DNA of 64,000 bases from Saccostrea echinata (taxonomy: Eukaryota): positions 6,076,001 through 6,140,000 of the forward strand of contig NW_026889783.1 in NCBI RefSeq assembly GCF_033153115.1, in the 5' to 3' direction. How positions within the stretch are numbered: the first letter of the stretch is position 1; each line of letters opens with the position of its first letter. Position numbers and translations under genes: made by a program. Below the pieces are notes generated by a model, which did not search any database, had not been told where the DNA came from, and was given only the letters and a program-made list of their open reading frames with translations. Below are positions 50,503 to 63,472 of the stretch, in pieces.

Positions 50503-52184
50503 GATGAAGTATATGCCAAATACGTATTTTATTATTTCTTCCTAGAAAATAAAAAGTTGAAATACTCACATCGATGTATACTGGAAAAGAGATGTAGTGC
50601 TCTCATTGAAATATATCATTTACGTTCTAGCTTGTTATACCATTTAAACGTTAGAAATATTCGATATAAAAAGAAAATAAGATAAATTTAAACAGATCCA
50701 AAGGGTTATAGGGAGGAATATAAAAAGATTGCTCTCAAATTCATTCTAGATTTTTTATTAGTAACTATTAATGTTTAAATTTAACTTACTGACAATCAAC
50801 TAATTGGGTTCTATAAATGAAACATGTAGATTATTATATTTTAAAGTCAGAAGACACGTTCCTCGAATCTCTGTTTTTGCATTCCTTTGTAATACATGTA
50901 TACCAAAAATATAATATATAATTATCATTATATTTTGATTTCTATTCAGAATGTCTGAAAAACATATAGACAAAAAATCATGATATCAGCAGTTCAAGCA
51001 ATTTCTAGCAGAGGATTATATAGGATATATCATCCTCAAGAATATTGCACAAATGCCTGGTAATGTACCCCAATTTTTGTAAGGAAACTTCTTAAAGTAG
51101 CAATGTTTTAATCACAAAATCTTGAGAAAAGTTATATATTTCTGAGGAACGTGTCGTCTGACCTTCAAATTGGATTTTTGTTGTTGTTAAAATATATCTA
51201 TCGTCACAGCACCTGTGTTTGAATCTGCATATGAAGTCTGGGGTGGGTTTAAGAAGCAAGATGCTAATTAAACTATTAGATATTCAAATAAAAGCTGCAA
51301 GGATAAGTAAGGATTTAAAAATGTTTTTTAGCACGTTATTTATATCATAAACAACGTCCTTTCATTATTCAAACAATATGGCGGACAACTTTGTTCATTA
51401 ATGTGTTGGATATCATATTATTACTGTGAATTACAAATATACAAGGTTTCAGTCACTTTATAAAGGTTATCGAGGTTGTGAAAATCAATCATGTTCTACT
51501 TTGTTGATTTCTATATAACCCTTTCGTGATTTTTTTTTTCAAACGAAATTCGATATACATACTTACTTACAACCTGTTACACAGACACACATAAACCACC
51601 CTTTATCAGGTACAGTTATCGACATACTGCAACATTGACAGTAGATATGATACATCTAGCGTTGTAAGGCATCGATTTTCTGAATTTTCGTAAAAGCTTA
51701 CCTTGCACGGGTACAACATACCAATGGACACACCTACCTATTTTAGTATGTTTCACCCCTCGAACAAAAGGTTTTTGCTGCTACCAAATAACTTGGTACA
51801 CTCCAAGCCCAGTGTTCACGGTTGAGTTACTATGCCATTGTGTACATAATTATTAAACCTATCATTATCAATGATAGGTTAATTATAATCATGGACACAG
51901 CGCAAGGTCACTGAACAAGGAATGTTGAGTCTGAGGAACAGTCAGTAAAATCTACAGTATTATGGTACTCGGGAAAAGTTTACAGAATGTGAAGGTCATC
52001 TGTTTAGATAAATAGGTATGCAGGCTGTACAGCACAAGCAAGGTGATGTAATACGATACAGTAATTATATTTTCCACATTATTTAAATGTCCAGAGCCCA
52101 CTTTCATTTTGCAATTAACTCTTTATATAATACCCAAATAACCCCGAGAAAAATTATGTCAACTATTCCCTGTAAGATTAAATT

Positions 52185-53917
52185 GAAAAAAAAAGACCTT
52201 GAAACTTTGTCAGAATGGATTAAATGTATCAGATGTGTGTTAAAATCGCGCATTAAAAGATTGAGAGGCAATATGAAAACCATCTATCCTTCTGTATTCA
52301 ATTATCCAGAAGTGAAAAAAGAAATAGATAGACTACATGATCAGTACGTACTGGTCCCTGCTGACAAAGCAGGTAACAACATTGTCTTTGTTTGTAAGGC
52401 TCATTATATTAAATGTATTTTAGAGGAACTTGGATTTAATTCTACAAGTGGTAATCCAACTTATATTCATAGTTCCCTTTCTAAGGAAGAAATTCTTCAA
52501 AATCATATGTCAGTTTTGAATATTTTTAATATTCCAAACAACCAAAATGAATTCGAATTACCATATTTATATTGGATTCCGAAACTTCATAAAAATCCTT
52601 ACAAACAAAGATACATAGCGGGTTCCAGTAAATGTTCAACCAAGCCTCTATCTTTACTCCTCACTAAGATATTAACAGTGGTGAAGGAGAAACTTCAAGA
52701 GTATTGTGCAACAATATATTCGAGAAGTGGTGTAAATCAGATGTGGATACTTAAAAATTCCAAGGAACTTTTGGAAAATTTGAAATCACAACATTTTATC
52801 AAAATCAACAGCTTAAAAACTTACGACTTTTCAACTTTATACACAACCATTCCCCACGATAAATTAAAGTCCAGGCTTTTTGATATCATTGACAGCTGCT
52901 TTTTCAATAAAAATGGAACTCGTAAATATACTTACCTTGTCATTGGTCATTTGCAAAATTATTTTGTTAGAAAACATTCTGATTGTACACACAAGTACTC
53001 TGAAGTTGACATTAAAAAGATGCTTGAGTTTCTGATTGACAATATCTATGTGGTTTTTGGAGACCAGGTCTTCCAACAATCTATTGGAATTTCTATGGGT
53101 ACCAATTGCGCCCCGTTATTAGCAGACCTTTTTTTGTATTCATATGAAGCAGAATTTGTCCAAAATCTTGTACGTTAAAAGAAGAAAACACTTGCTGTGG
53201 CGTTCAACTCGACATTTAGATATATCGACGACGTATTGTCAATTAACAATGGCTATTTTCATTCTTATGTCGATACGATATATCTTGGTGAACTTGAGAT
53301 AAAAGATACCACAGAGTCTGACTCATCTGTTTCATATTTGGATATTTTACTTGAAAAAGACGTTAATGGTAATCTAACAACCAAGCTTTATGATAAACGT
53401 GATGACTTTAACTTTTCAATCGTCAACTTCCCTTACTTATGCAGCAATATACCTTCATCACCTACATACGGGGTATATATCTCTCAGTTGATTCGATACG
53501 CAAGAGCATGCTCTACGTACATATGTATGTACAATTTCTAAAACGAGATAAATTATTGACAAATAAGTTGATGAAACAAGAATATCAGCTGTCTCGTTTA
53601 AAGTCATCATTTCGTAAGTTCTGTGGTCGATACAATGACCTTGTCAGCAAATACATTTTATCATAGAGTCAAATGCTGACTGACGTTTTTCATACTAATT
53701 GTTAGGCCATTATTTACACACTGAATTGTCGACGGATTTTTCCGTTATTTCCCGATCATGACAAGCGGGTGTGACCGGTCGGCAGGGGATGCTCACTCCT
53801 CCATGGCACCCGATCCCACCTCTGATGTTTGGAGGTCCGTGTTTGCTCTGCTCCTATTTTGTATTGTATAATGGACTTTTGAAGTTGAATACTGTTCGTT
53901 ATCTCCATATATTTCAT
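52185..53917 (+). mobile_element. 5'-truncated Penelope-like retroelement (Naiad-type RT pseudogene)
   Basis: VPADKAGNN, YWIPKLHKNPYKQRYIAGS, DFSTLYT, GISMGTNCAP, FRYIDD, YLDI and the thumb motif SQLIRYARAC. One in-frame TAA (53176) and a frameshift near 53520. No GIY-YIG follows the thumb. Confidence 0.93.
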
Positions 53918-55073
53918 GTAGTATCAACATTATTTTTGTCACAATTATGTTTGTTTAAAGTCCCTTCGAGGATTTTTCACTCGTATCAGAGACAGATGAT
54001 GCAACGTACCAAAAAAAAAATGGATTTCTGGATTGGTAAATATATTTGGACCTGATATGGTTGTAAATGATGCGAATAATAAATTTCTAAAATATTAAGA
54101 AATTGTTAGCTTTCTACGGTGTCAAAATTCTACCTTTCTGCAACCATCCGTATCAATGTATACAATTTTTGTCACTTTAAATCCCATTATTCTGAAACTT
54201 TGAATGAAAAATTAAAATATTTTAAATCAGTGCTTGTTTTAAAATCCGTTAAAATTAAAGATATTAATAAAATTAATATAAACGTTGATTGGACGAGAAA
54301 ATTCCGGAATGAATAAAAAAGATACCGTTCCCTGGAGGTTTAAAAATGTTTTGACCATTTTAAGCCAGTCGGTCAGGAGGTGGCCTAATCACTGCACTAC
54401 GAGGGCGACGACACCATTGAGAGTCTTCTACTTGATTTTAAAGTAGTGATCAAAGCAGTTGAGACCCTCACAATAAATGATAAAGAAATTCAATGCTCAG
54501 AAGAATTGTTGATAATAAGAAAGATAAGAGACATATCTTTGAGGAATTCCTTGATTGTTTTGAAATTTAAAAGCGAATACAGTCAAGGATTTTTTTTAAC
54601 TGCATCTGTTAAAGAGAGAGAATTTCATCTAATGGAGACATACATGTATATGATACATTATTAAACTGCATGCAGGACAGTAGCATAAAGATATGCCCTA
54701 TTAGACTGATTTAAGAATTGCGGACAATATAAAAATTTAAAAATATAAAGAGGAATTATGTTCCTAATATTACATATTTACAAATGATATGAGGGTCCTT
54801 CAGGAACATCTTTTGCTATAGCTTTATGGAAAATAGTTTGTGGGAAAATAAAAACCACTTTTAAGTGTTCCAAATACTAAAGATTTATCCTTTCTTACTA
54901 ACGATTGAAAGGCAAAGATACAATAATAGTAAAATTGATATTGTTATGATCAGCTTGGACTCAGTTATGTACTTACAATTTAGGAATGTATGAACATGAT
55001 GAACGTACAGGGTTTAAAAGACATTCTTGCAAACCTTTTATATTTGGTTTACCTCAACATGTAAGCATATCAA

Positions 55074-56126
55074 AGAATCTGGGGGGATAAGACGAGCCAT
55101 GTGCCCATGCCCATTTTTCGGCTATGCAAGAACATTTATTGGAAAAAATCTCTCAATTGTTCGAATTTACTTAAGCATTTTAATGTTTACCGTAGTTTTC
55201 AAAATGATATTTATATTCTAAACAAGCTAAACAGTTGACTTTCATTTACTGTCACAAATGTCTAACATGGGTAAGGACTTCTATTAATTAATCTGCATAT
55301 TGAGTTTTTACACTTATTGTGGAGATATTATAAAAATGTTAACATCGTATATAATGATAATGGTGATCTAGAAGCGCTTTTATTTAAAATAAATAAAACG
55401 GGAATAAAAGTATTCAAATATCTATTATAATTTTTATCCGGCATTTTAAATAATTTACTGTAAATAAGTTCATTACTACATGTATATATTTTATTTCCAG
55501 TGGAAAATATGTTATTCCTATAGACATTTTTTATAAAGTAAAACAAAATTAAAACCAAAAAAAATCAACGACAAAAAAAAAAAATCAGAGCATGACTCGA
55601 ACACTTTCCTCAATAAACGTCCCTTTAAAGAGCTCATCGCTACCCACTAGACCACGGAGTCACACTAACATTTCCATTTAAATAGCATACAGTTCTCTAT
55701 ATTTAGCAAGCGTTTTTGGACTTAGAATTTTTTAAGACCACGGTGAAAATTTAAGTAAGTTAACTTAATTTTTTATGTAGAGTGGGTCTTCATACCAAAT
55801 TTTTGCAAGTGTAAAAAGCAACATCTTTCCATTGCCTTTCATTAATCGTTCTCAAAAAAATGGTACGATGACCCACTCTATTTAAAAAATGTAGTTATAT
55901 CATCCAATTTATGTCAGTTTCTTTGAAAATTGAGCGTGATGCTATTTTGTTGTGTTAATCAGAATCATTTTCGCTGTTACAGTATTCAGGTTTTGTCAAA
56001 TTTATATGCAAATGGTAATAAGCATTACATTAATTCAACAAAAAGTGAAATTTTTGTAAAATGAATTTATTGATTTTTTATCGATCGTTATGTAGGCATA
56101 TGGCTCGGCTTATCCCCCCAGTTTCT
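55074..56126. mobile_element. Kolobok-like non-autonomous element with an internal tRNA-like segment
   Basis: tcaa|agaatctggggggataagacgagccat ... atggctcggcttatccccccagtttct|ttaa. Minus-strand A box tggtctagtgg (about 55654) and B box gttcgagtc (about 55602). Confidence 0.7.
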
Positions 56127-56214
56127 TTTAAATATCTACATACACTTCTCATTTCATTGGAACTTTGGATATTCTAAGAAATATTTATTTAATTAATGAA
56201 AAAAAAAGTTTAGA

Positions 56215-56480
56215 TTAATTGTTAATTTGTTTCTTTAACGTCCCTTGGGAATTCTTCATTCAAACCCGGTGGAGGGCTGCAAATTTAGACGTCGGCACTT
56301 TGAGCAGTAAGGGATCTTTTTCATGCCAGCACCTACTGCGACGTGGGACCTCGGTATGTACGACTTCATCCGAAGGACCGGTCTCCGAGTCACGCAATAG
56401 ATTTGAACTGGCGACTTAAGGCTCAACTCCTTACTCCGCGACTCTAGAGTAACCGCTCTAGCCACTATACCACGCGGTCG
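56215..56480 (-). mobile_element. tRNA-derived SINE with a Nin/Deu-type central domain
   Basis: The minus strand begins cgtggtatagtggctagagcg (A-box-like), has the central ccttcggatgaagtc...accgaggtccc...aaagatccc motif, and ends in an aaac-type tail. Confidence 0.65.
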
Positions 56481-56681
56481 AATCTGATATTCGAGTAATA
56501 TACTGGAACCAACATGATTTGCACATTATACATTATTATGTTGCCAAGTTTAACATCATTGGGTTGTTGTGCTCTTAGACTCTACTTAGAGCAAACAGAT
56601 ATTTAAAGTGATATAGTATTGCATATTTATCAAAAGAGGAAAATACTAGTACTTGGCACACAAATGATCTTTTATGCGTCA

Positions 56682-57990
56682 GATGAAATATGGAGATAAC
56701 GAACAGTAATCAAGCTCAAAAGTCCCTTGAAACAATACAAATCAGGAGCAGAGCAAGCACGGTTCTCTAAAAGCATCAGAGTTGGGGATCAGGTGCCATG
56801 GAGGAGTAAGATTCCCCTGTTTAGCTGTCACACACGCTGTGTGCTCATTGTCATGATCGGGCAAACGTAAAAATCCGTAGACAATTCAGTGCCTAAATAA
56901 CGGCCGAAAAACTAGTCTGAAAAACGTCAATCAGAATTTGACTTAATGAGAGATTGTATTTGCTGACAAGATCATTGTACCGACCAGAGACCTTAAAAAT
57001 GATGACTTTAAATTGAACTCTTGATATCCTTATTTCATCAACTTGTTTGTCTGTAGCTTGCCTCGTTTTAGAAATTGTTCGTACGTGGAGCATGCTCTTG
57101 CGTATCGAATCAACTGGGAGATATAAACCCCACATGCAGGTGATAAGGGTATATTGCTACATGAGTAAAGGAAGTTGACGATAGAAATGTTGAGGTCATC
57201 ACATTTATCATAAAGTTTTGTTGTTAGTTTACCATTAACATCTTTTTCTAGTAAAATATCCAAATATGAAAAAGATGTGTCAGACTCTGTGGTATCTTCT
57301 ATTTCACGTTCACTGGAATATATTGAATTCCAGTCGACTTATGAATGGAAGTAACTATTGTTAATTGATAATACGTAGTCAATATATCGAAATGCCGGGT
57401 TGAAGGCCACAGCTAGTGTCGTCTTCTTATGTAGAGGATTTTGAAAAAATTCTGTTTCATATGGATACAAAACTAGGTCTGCTAATAAGGGGCACAATGA
57501 GAACCCAATTCTGACAGATTGTTGGAATTTAGACCCGATCTTCAAAACTATGAAGATATTGTCAATCAGAAACTCAAGCATCTTTTTGATATCTACTTCA
57601 GAGTTTTTGTGTGAGCAGTCAGAATGTTTTTAACAAAATTTATTTTGCAAATGACCAATGAAATGGTAAATAAATTTACAAGTTCCATTTTTATTGAAAA
57701 AAAAAAATAAAACAGCAGTCTATGATGTCAAAAGCAAATTATTTTATCTTATCGTGGGGAATGGTTGTACCCTATACAATATTGAAAAGTTGTACGTATT
57801 GATGATATTGATTTTGGTAAAATTTTGTGATTTCAAGTTTTCTAAAAGTCTAAAAGTTCTGGTATTCACATCTGATTTACACCACTTTTCGAATATATTG
57901 TTGAACAGTACTCCTGAAATTTCTCCTTCGCTGCTTTTAAAATTTTAGTGAGGAGTAAAGAAATTAAAGACGCTTTTAGGACATTTTCTG
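56682..57990 (-). mobile_element. Penelope-like RT pseudogene
   Basis: Fragments KEKFQEYCSTIYSKSGVNQM, MLEFLIDNI, FRYID and SQLIRYARAC, with the 3' module at 56685-56880. Confidence 0.9.
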
Positions 57991-58094
57991 TAACCTGCAG
58001 ATCCATAGCTTTCATAAAGAAAAATCTGGAGCTTACTATGTCATTATCGTAAAGCAATAAGACGGCGCTTTAATAATCAGTTAAAGTTCAAAAT

Positions 58095-58405
58095 GCAAAC
58101 GTTGAAGATGAGAAACAGTGATCATTCTGATAAATCATTAGTAATTACTGTTTAAAAATTGATGGTACTCAAACTCTTAAGTATCGAATCAGTTTAGAGA
58201 TCTAAATACCGTATGCAGGTGATTGTGGAATATTGATACACAAATAGGGAGAGTTTACGATGGAAAACTGAAGTGTCATTCCTTTTTTTATGTAGTTTTC
58301 CGTGTAGTTTAGTTGTTTGTTGTCTATTAACGTTAATATAGTCAGTAAAATACCCAAATATAATCCAGATTTGGCAGACTCTGTGATGTCTTTTATTTTG
58401 AGTGC
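58095..58405 (-). mobile_element. Highly degenerate Penelope-like fragment
   Basis: Thumb-region nucleotide remnants at 58180-58400 and a 3'-terminal remnant gaagatgagaaacagtgatca. Confidence 0.6.
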
Positions 58406-59229
58406 AATCGTCTTCTTCGCGCTTTTTTTTTTTGTTTATAACGTTTGTAGTAATTAATTTAAGATTGAGAATAGATCTGTAAATGAATATCTATCCCGGT
58501 GTTTTTGATATTCTTCTATTAAGCAAATATGTAAACAAAACAAAGTCAATAGCTGATCATGACAATACTTTATTCGCGTAAACGTACAGAAATGCATTAA
58601 GAGAGGAGGTAGGAAATATGATAATTTAATAACAAATTAGTAATTAATTTGTAATAACGAATGCTCAAATTGCTTATAATTCAAATCAGTTATTTCTATC
58701 TCTAATTCGCTTGTCAATCAACAAATATTTGATTTTTTTTCAACATTGTGCTGTTTGATGATTAATGTTTTTCGCACGAGACATCACGTCGTGCACACGA
58801 CTTATTATGTAGTTTACACAAGATAAATATCCTTTGCACACACCTTGTTAGTATGGCACATGATAAAAAATCATATCTCTTGCGAACAAATGATTAAGTC
58901 GTACGAACGACATAATATCTCGTGCGAACGACACAAATTTTCGACATAAGGAGAAAAAATATATTTGCCTGCCCTAAATATGCTCTGGTAATAATCTTTA
59001 CTATTTTTCTAATTTTGAATTTTTTGATTAGCAAGTATTTCTTTTTACGTCAATTTTTGACCCATGTTACATTATGCGAGAGACATATAATATGTACGAT
59101 ATTATATTACTCTGGTTATGCACATCTTGTGTGGTCCATTCATCCAAAATACTTTTGAAATACCTGATTCAAGTCAGTTTATGCAGTGATACTGATGCAT
59201 ACAGTTTGGGTTCCCAATTTAAAAATGTG

Positions 59230-59610
59230 AAGTTAACGTTAACCTTGGCCATAACTTTTGAACAATTGGTGCTAGGGCTTTCATACTTCACATGTGTATT
59301 CCTTGTGACAAGACTTTCTTATGATACCAACATCTTTGACCATTGACCTTGACCTTGGAGTTTGATCTAATTTTGAAAAACTTTAATCTTGGCCATAACT
59401 TTTGAACAGTTGGTGCTAGGTCTTTCATTCTTCACATGTGTATTCCTTGTGACAAGACCTTCCTTTTGATACCAACAATTTTTGCCCATTGACCTTGGAA
59501 TTTGACCTACTTTTAAAAAAAACTTTAACCTTGGCCATAACATTTGAACATTTGGTTCTAGGGCTTTCACGTACATGTGTATCACTTGTAACAAGACCTT
59601 CCCTCGGGCA
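59230..59610. repeat. HINE/satellite-like units of about 140-150 bp (2-3 copies)
   Basis: aaccttggccataacttttgaaca...ttcacatgtgtattccttgtgacaagac...gaccttgg repeated. Confidence 0.8.
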
Positions 59611-59798
59611 CCATTTGGCCTTGATGTTTTACTTTCTTTTGAAAAACACAAACACATCTTGTTATACATCAAAGTTTTAAAAAATATGGTATTGACTTAA
59701 AGTTTTCAGCTTTAATAAGATAGTAATGACTGCTATTTGATACAATTCGATATACTGGTTGAATGATATTGATGTATCAAATATATGACCTAAGTTTC

Positions 59799-60063
59799 CA
59801 TATGTGACCATTGCAACGAACAATTCTCTCTAATAATAAGATCCTTATAAGCGGGTATCAATTTTATTCACAGTGAAGTTAGATTAAGAGATCTTGATGT
59901 ATTGATTAAGCTATTTGAATACTTAATATTTTTAGATTTAATTTATTTGGTAAAATTAATTGCACAGTAAATGATTGCTTTTAAAATTAAAATTTTTTAA
60001 TTGCTTTTGAGGTATATATTAATCATTATCAAACACGAAAATCCGTTGCAATGGTCACATATG
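59799..60063. mobile_element. MITE about 130 bp upstream of the UPF0489-like gene
   Basis: catatgtgaccattgcaacg ... cgttgcaatggtcacatatg: perfect 20-bp TIR. Confidence 0.8.
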
Positions 60064-60189
60064 GGAGCTGAAGGTCTTAGGTTTCATACTTTTGTATCAT
60101 TTAACGTGTAAATAGTATGGTATGAAATGGCGGTCGTCAAGTGGCATTTTTTGTTTTTTTCGTTCTAAATCTGGGACACCACTGTTGCA

Positions 60190-62055
60190 ATGAAGTTGCG
60201 GACAAAGAGGTCATGGCGTTTAATCGTGTTGATGACCTTAGTAACTGTCTTAGGGATTCTTATTGTTCGCAAGATTACGTTGTTTTTAAGGAAAGAGGCT
60301 GTGTCTGGATACACGTATACACAGACATCAACGGCGGCATTGAGACATCCGGTCCGTCAATGGAGTAATATACCTGTCCACATTGTAGAGGAGCATCATG
60401 AAGGCAAGACATCTCAGAGGCTGCAAATTTGTCTTTTTCTGATTAGATGTAGTAATTACCTGTTATTACCTGTTACAATTTATTAACTGTGAATTCTAAT
60501 TTATTTATTTTTTTCAATTTAGTTCTGCCATATTGGTTTCGAGCAGCTGATCATGGAAGAATTTCAAAAGGGGTTACTCTAGTTAGTGTCTCAGTTTTTT
60601 AAAATAGATAATTATTAAATATTCTTTAAAATACATACATAAAAAGATTTGTTTTAGAAAATTCAATTTTTAAGATAAATACGCTTTATACATTGAATTG
60701 ATAGGTTCACATAGACGGACACAGCGACATGGCTTCTAATTTCTATTTGGATGGATATCCATTTTTTAAATGGCCAAAGAATCCCCAAAACATCAACATA
60801 ATGATGCAACGCAACGACGGGTTTATAACGGTATATACTGTTACTTTTTATCAAAAGTATTTTAAGATCAGTTTGCGAGGAAAATCTTGCATGATCATGA
60901 TATTTCAAAAGAAAAACATATACATTTGATCACATAAAACCAATGATGCGTTACATATTTCCCCTAAAACAGGCGGCAGCAATGGCGGGACTGATCGGAA
61001 ACGTTGTCTGGATTTGGCCAAAATGGGACCAGGTGAACCACAATGACTCCAAGACATCTGGGACACTCCAGTTTGGCTGGACGATTACTAGACAGTCCAA
61101 AGTAGGTACTGACAAAGCGTTCTGTATGTGTTTAACAGAGAGCATACAGCAGCAAAAATCCTGCATGTTCACGTCTGCTGATGAAACCGATATGGAGGTG
61201 CTCATGGAAGAGGATGCATGCATCATCAAGAGGTCTATCCATTATACAGAAATGAGGGAAGACTTGGCTAGGGAATACTTACAATCGACCCATGAAAGTT
61301 TTGATAATATGATACTTGACATTGACGAAGATTTTTTCGGTTGTGAGTATGCGTCACAACCTCTCTATGACCTCTCTGTTGATTTGAACGCGTTGGATAC
61401 GTATCTTTTTCAGTTGTTCTGTCCACTTCATCAAACTGGAGAGGCTGTATTGGACAGATATTTAGCAGAGGTTATTGATTTTGTAAAACGGACAAAGTGT
61501 ATATCTGAAAACAAACCTGAGAATTGTGACGGAAAAACTATAAGTAACACGAAACAGTTTTTCCTGAGGAAAAGAAGCATTTGGCGTCCTTACATTTGTA
61601 AAACCACGAAGAAAGAGAGAAGCTCATTTATCGATGGAATAATTGAAGAACTCTTCAAGCTAAATTTAAAACAATTACATGCTGTACAGAAAGTCGGATT
61701 TTGTCTTTCTACAACACGAAAAACCTACCAACCGATTAGTCCCTCCCTCTTCTCCATTTGCAAAGGAGCTAATTCTCCAAATGAGACAGCTGTCACGGAG
61801 CATAGAACTAACCCCATAGAAGTCAGCACCCGGGGCCAGTTACTTAGCAGCATTCTAAATGTATTTAAGGAAAGTCCCCCAAAGATCATCACCGTTTGTC
61901 GGTCTGTTCGTGATGGATATACCCCCAGACAACATTTCGTACAGATAGAAAACATAATCTTAAATTCCATCCGCAAAAATTATCGAAAAGCCTTCATCCA
62001 TTATGACAAGGGACTGCTAGGTGGAAAGAACGGATTCAAACAAAGTAATTTCTGA
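60190..62055 (+). CDS. UPF0489 / C5orf22-like protein with an N-terminal signal anchor (about 493 aa, 4 exons)
   Basis: Exons 60190-60403 (GC donor), 60523-60581, 60705-60830, 60973-62055; 1482 nt. Motifs IPVHIVEEHHEVLPYW, LVHIDGHSDM, VVWIWPKW, ILDIDEDFF, ITVCRSVRDGYTP. Confidence 0.85.
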
Positions 62056-63472
62056 TATTAGAATCACGTCTTCCAAGTCCTTGGTATACTCTAGCACTGC
62101 TCTACGCTGTAGATAGGAAAATAATGAATGAACAAATGTCAGATTATAATGAAAGCAAGCACATGTATAATTCAAAGAAAGGATCAAGCATACATATACT
62201 TTTATGTATATATAGTGTTCCCAGAAAATGTTGCAAATTATCTATAAAACATTTATCTAAATTGTTTGATTAATAACATACAATATAATTTAGTGTTATT
62301 ATTTTATATTTTGACAATACCCCTTTATTTCTAATGATACATGTAGTTTTCTTGGATAGCCTCCCATTTATTAAGTTAATATATATATATTTCATGTTCT
62401 CTGCTGATGTTCAAAATTACTGCTATTGAAAAGATAATGAAAGATATGTGTTAGTAAGGGACTGTTACATCTGGTGATACGGTATTTCTGAAACACCGAG
62501 TTTTTCATCGTCTATACTTTGTATTGTGTGATACATAAAATAATAAAAAGAAGAGGAATTCAGTTAAGAAAAACTGTTTGTATGCCTATTTAACTAACAT
62601 TAACAGGTCAAGGAAGGCTTGGATATTTGCTCAATAAGAACAATACTAATTATAGAAAAACGGGGTTTAATTCCTAGTCCTACCAGCTCTTTCCCTCTGC
62701 CGAATTCCTTTCCTGTTTCCAATATTTTGTCCCACATTAATCAATAGTAGACAATGAAATACTCAGTGTTTCAGAAGTATGGCTAGTTTGACAATTTTTT
62801 ATAATAAACATCTACAATAGGCTTTCTTTTTTCAAAAGCACTCATTTTGAACATTAGCAATCAACCGGAATTATACAAAGAAACGATAAGTTATTCATGC
62901 TTATAAAATAAGAAAGTAGCAAGTATTGTTATGTGATTAAAAAAAACTTACTTCAAACTATAAATATTTACTTTAAAATATTTTGGGGAAAAACATTTCA
63001 CGAAAAAACTGTCAATTTCTGAGAACACTGTATAAATTACCACCAGCGAGGCTTATAAAAGTGGTGCTATTTATTGTTTAGTTTTATTGCATGCTTGATA
63101 GAACGAGACGACTACTTTTTGGATGTATGTTTTCTTGGTTACTGTCGCAGATTTGGGTATATGTGAAACATTAATTATCATTATTATTATCATAATCATC
63201 ATCATTTGTAAATGATATTAAATGAATAAACTGCTGAGGTTAAAGGTCATACATGCGTAATAAACAATTTACAATTATAATTCTCTTACTGTGTTTATCC
63301 TGGACTGACGAGAGAATAATTCCCTGTCAATATCAAAAAAAATACAACAAAAACAAATATCCTTGAAATATCTATTAATATACTCTTCAGGGATGGGATT
63401 GTATAATGCAATTTACATTTTAAGAATAGTGGTATGTCAGTGGAAAGTAAAAAAAAATATCAAGATTACACA

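Noticed and set aside
52087-53541. Intact RT, retron, telomerase or selenocysteine read-through
   Set aside because: The stop is TAA rather than TGA, a frameshift follows, and the copy is 5'-truncated. It is an ordinary decayed Penelope-like element.
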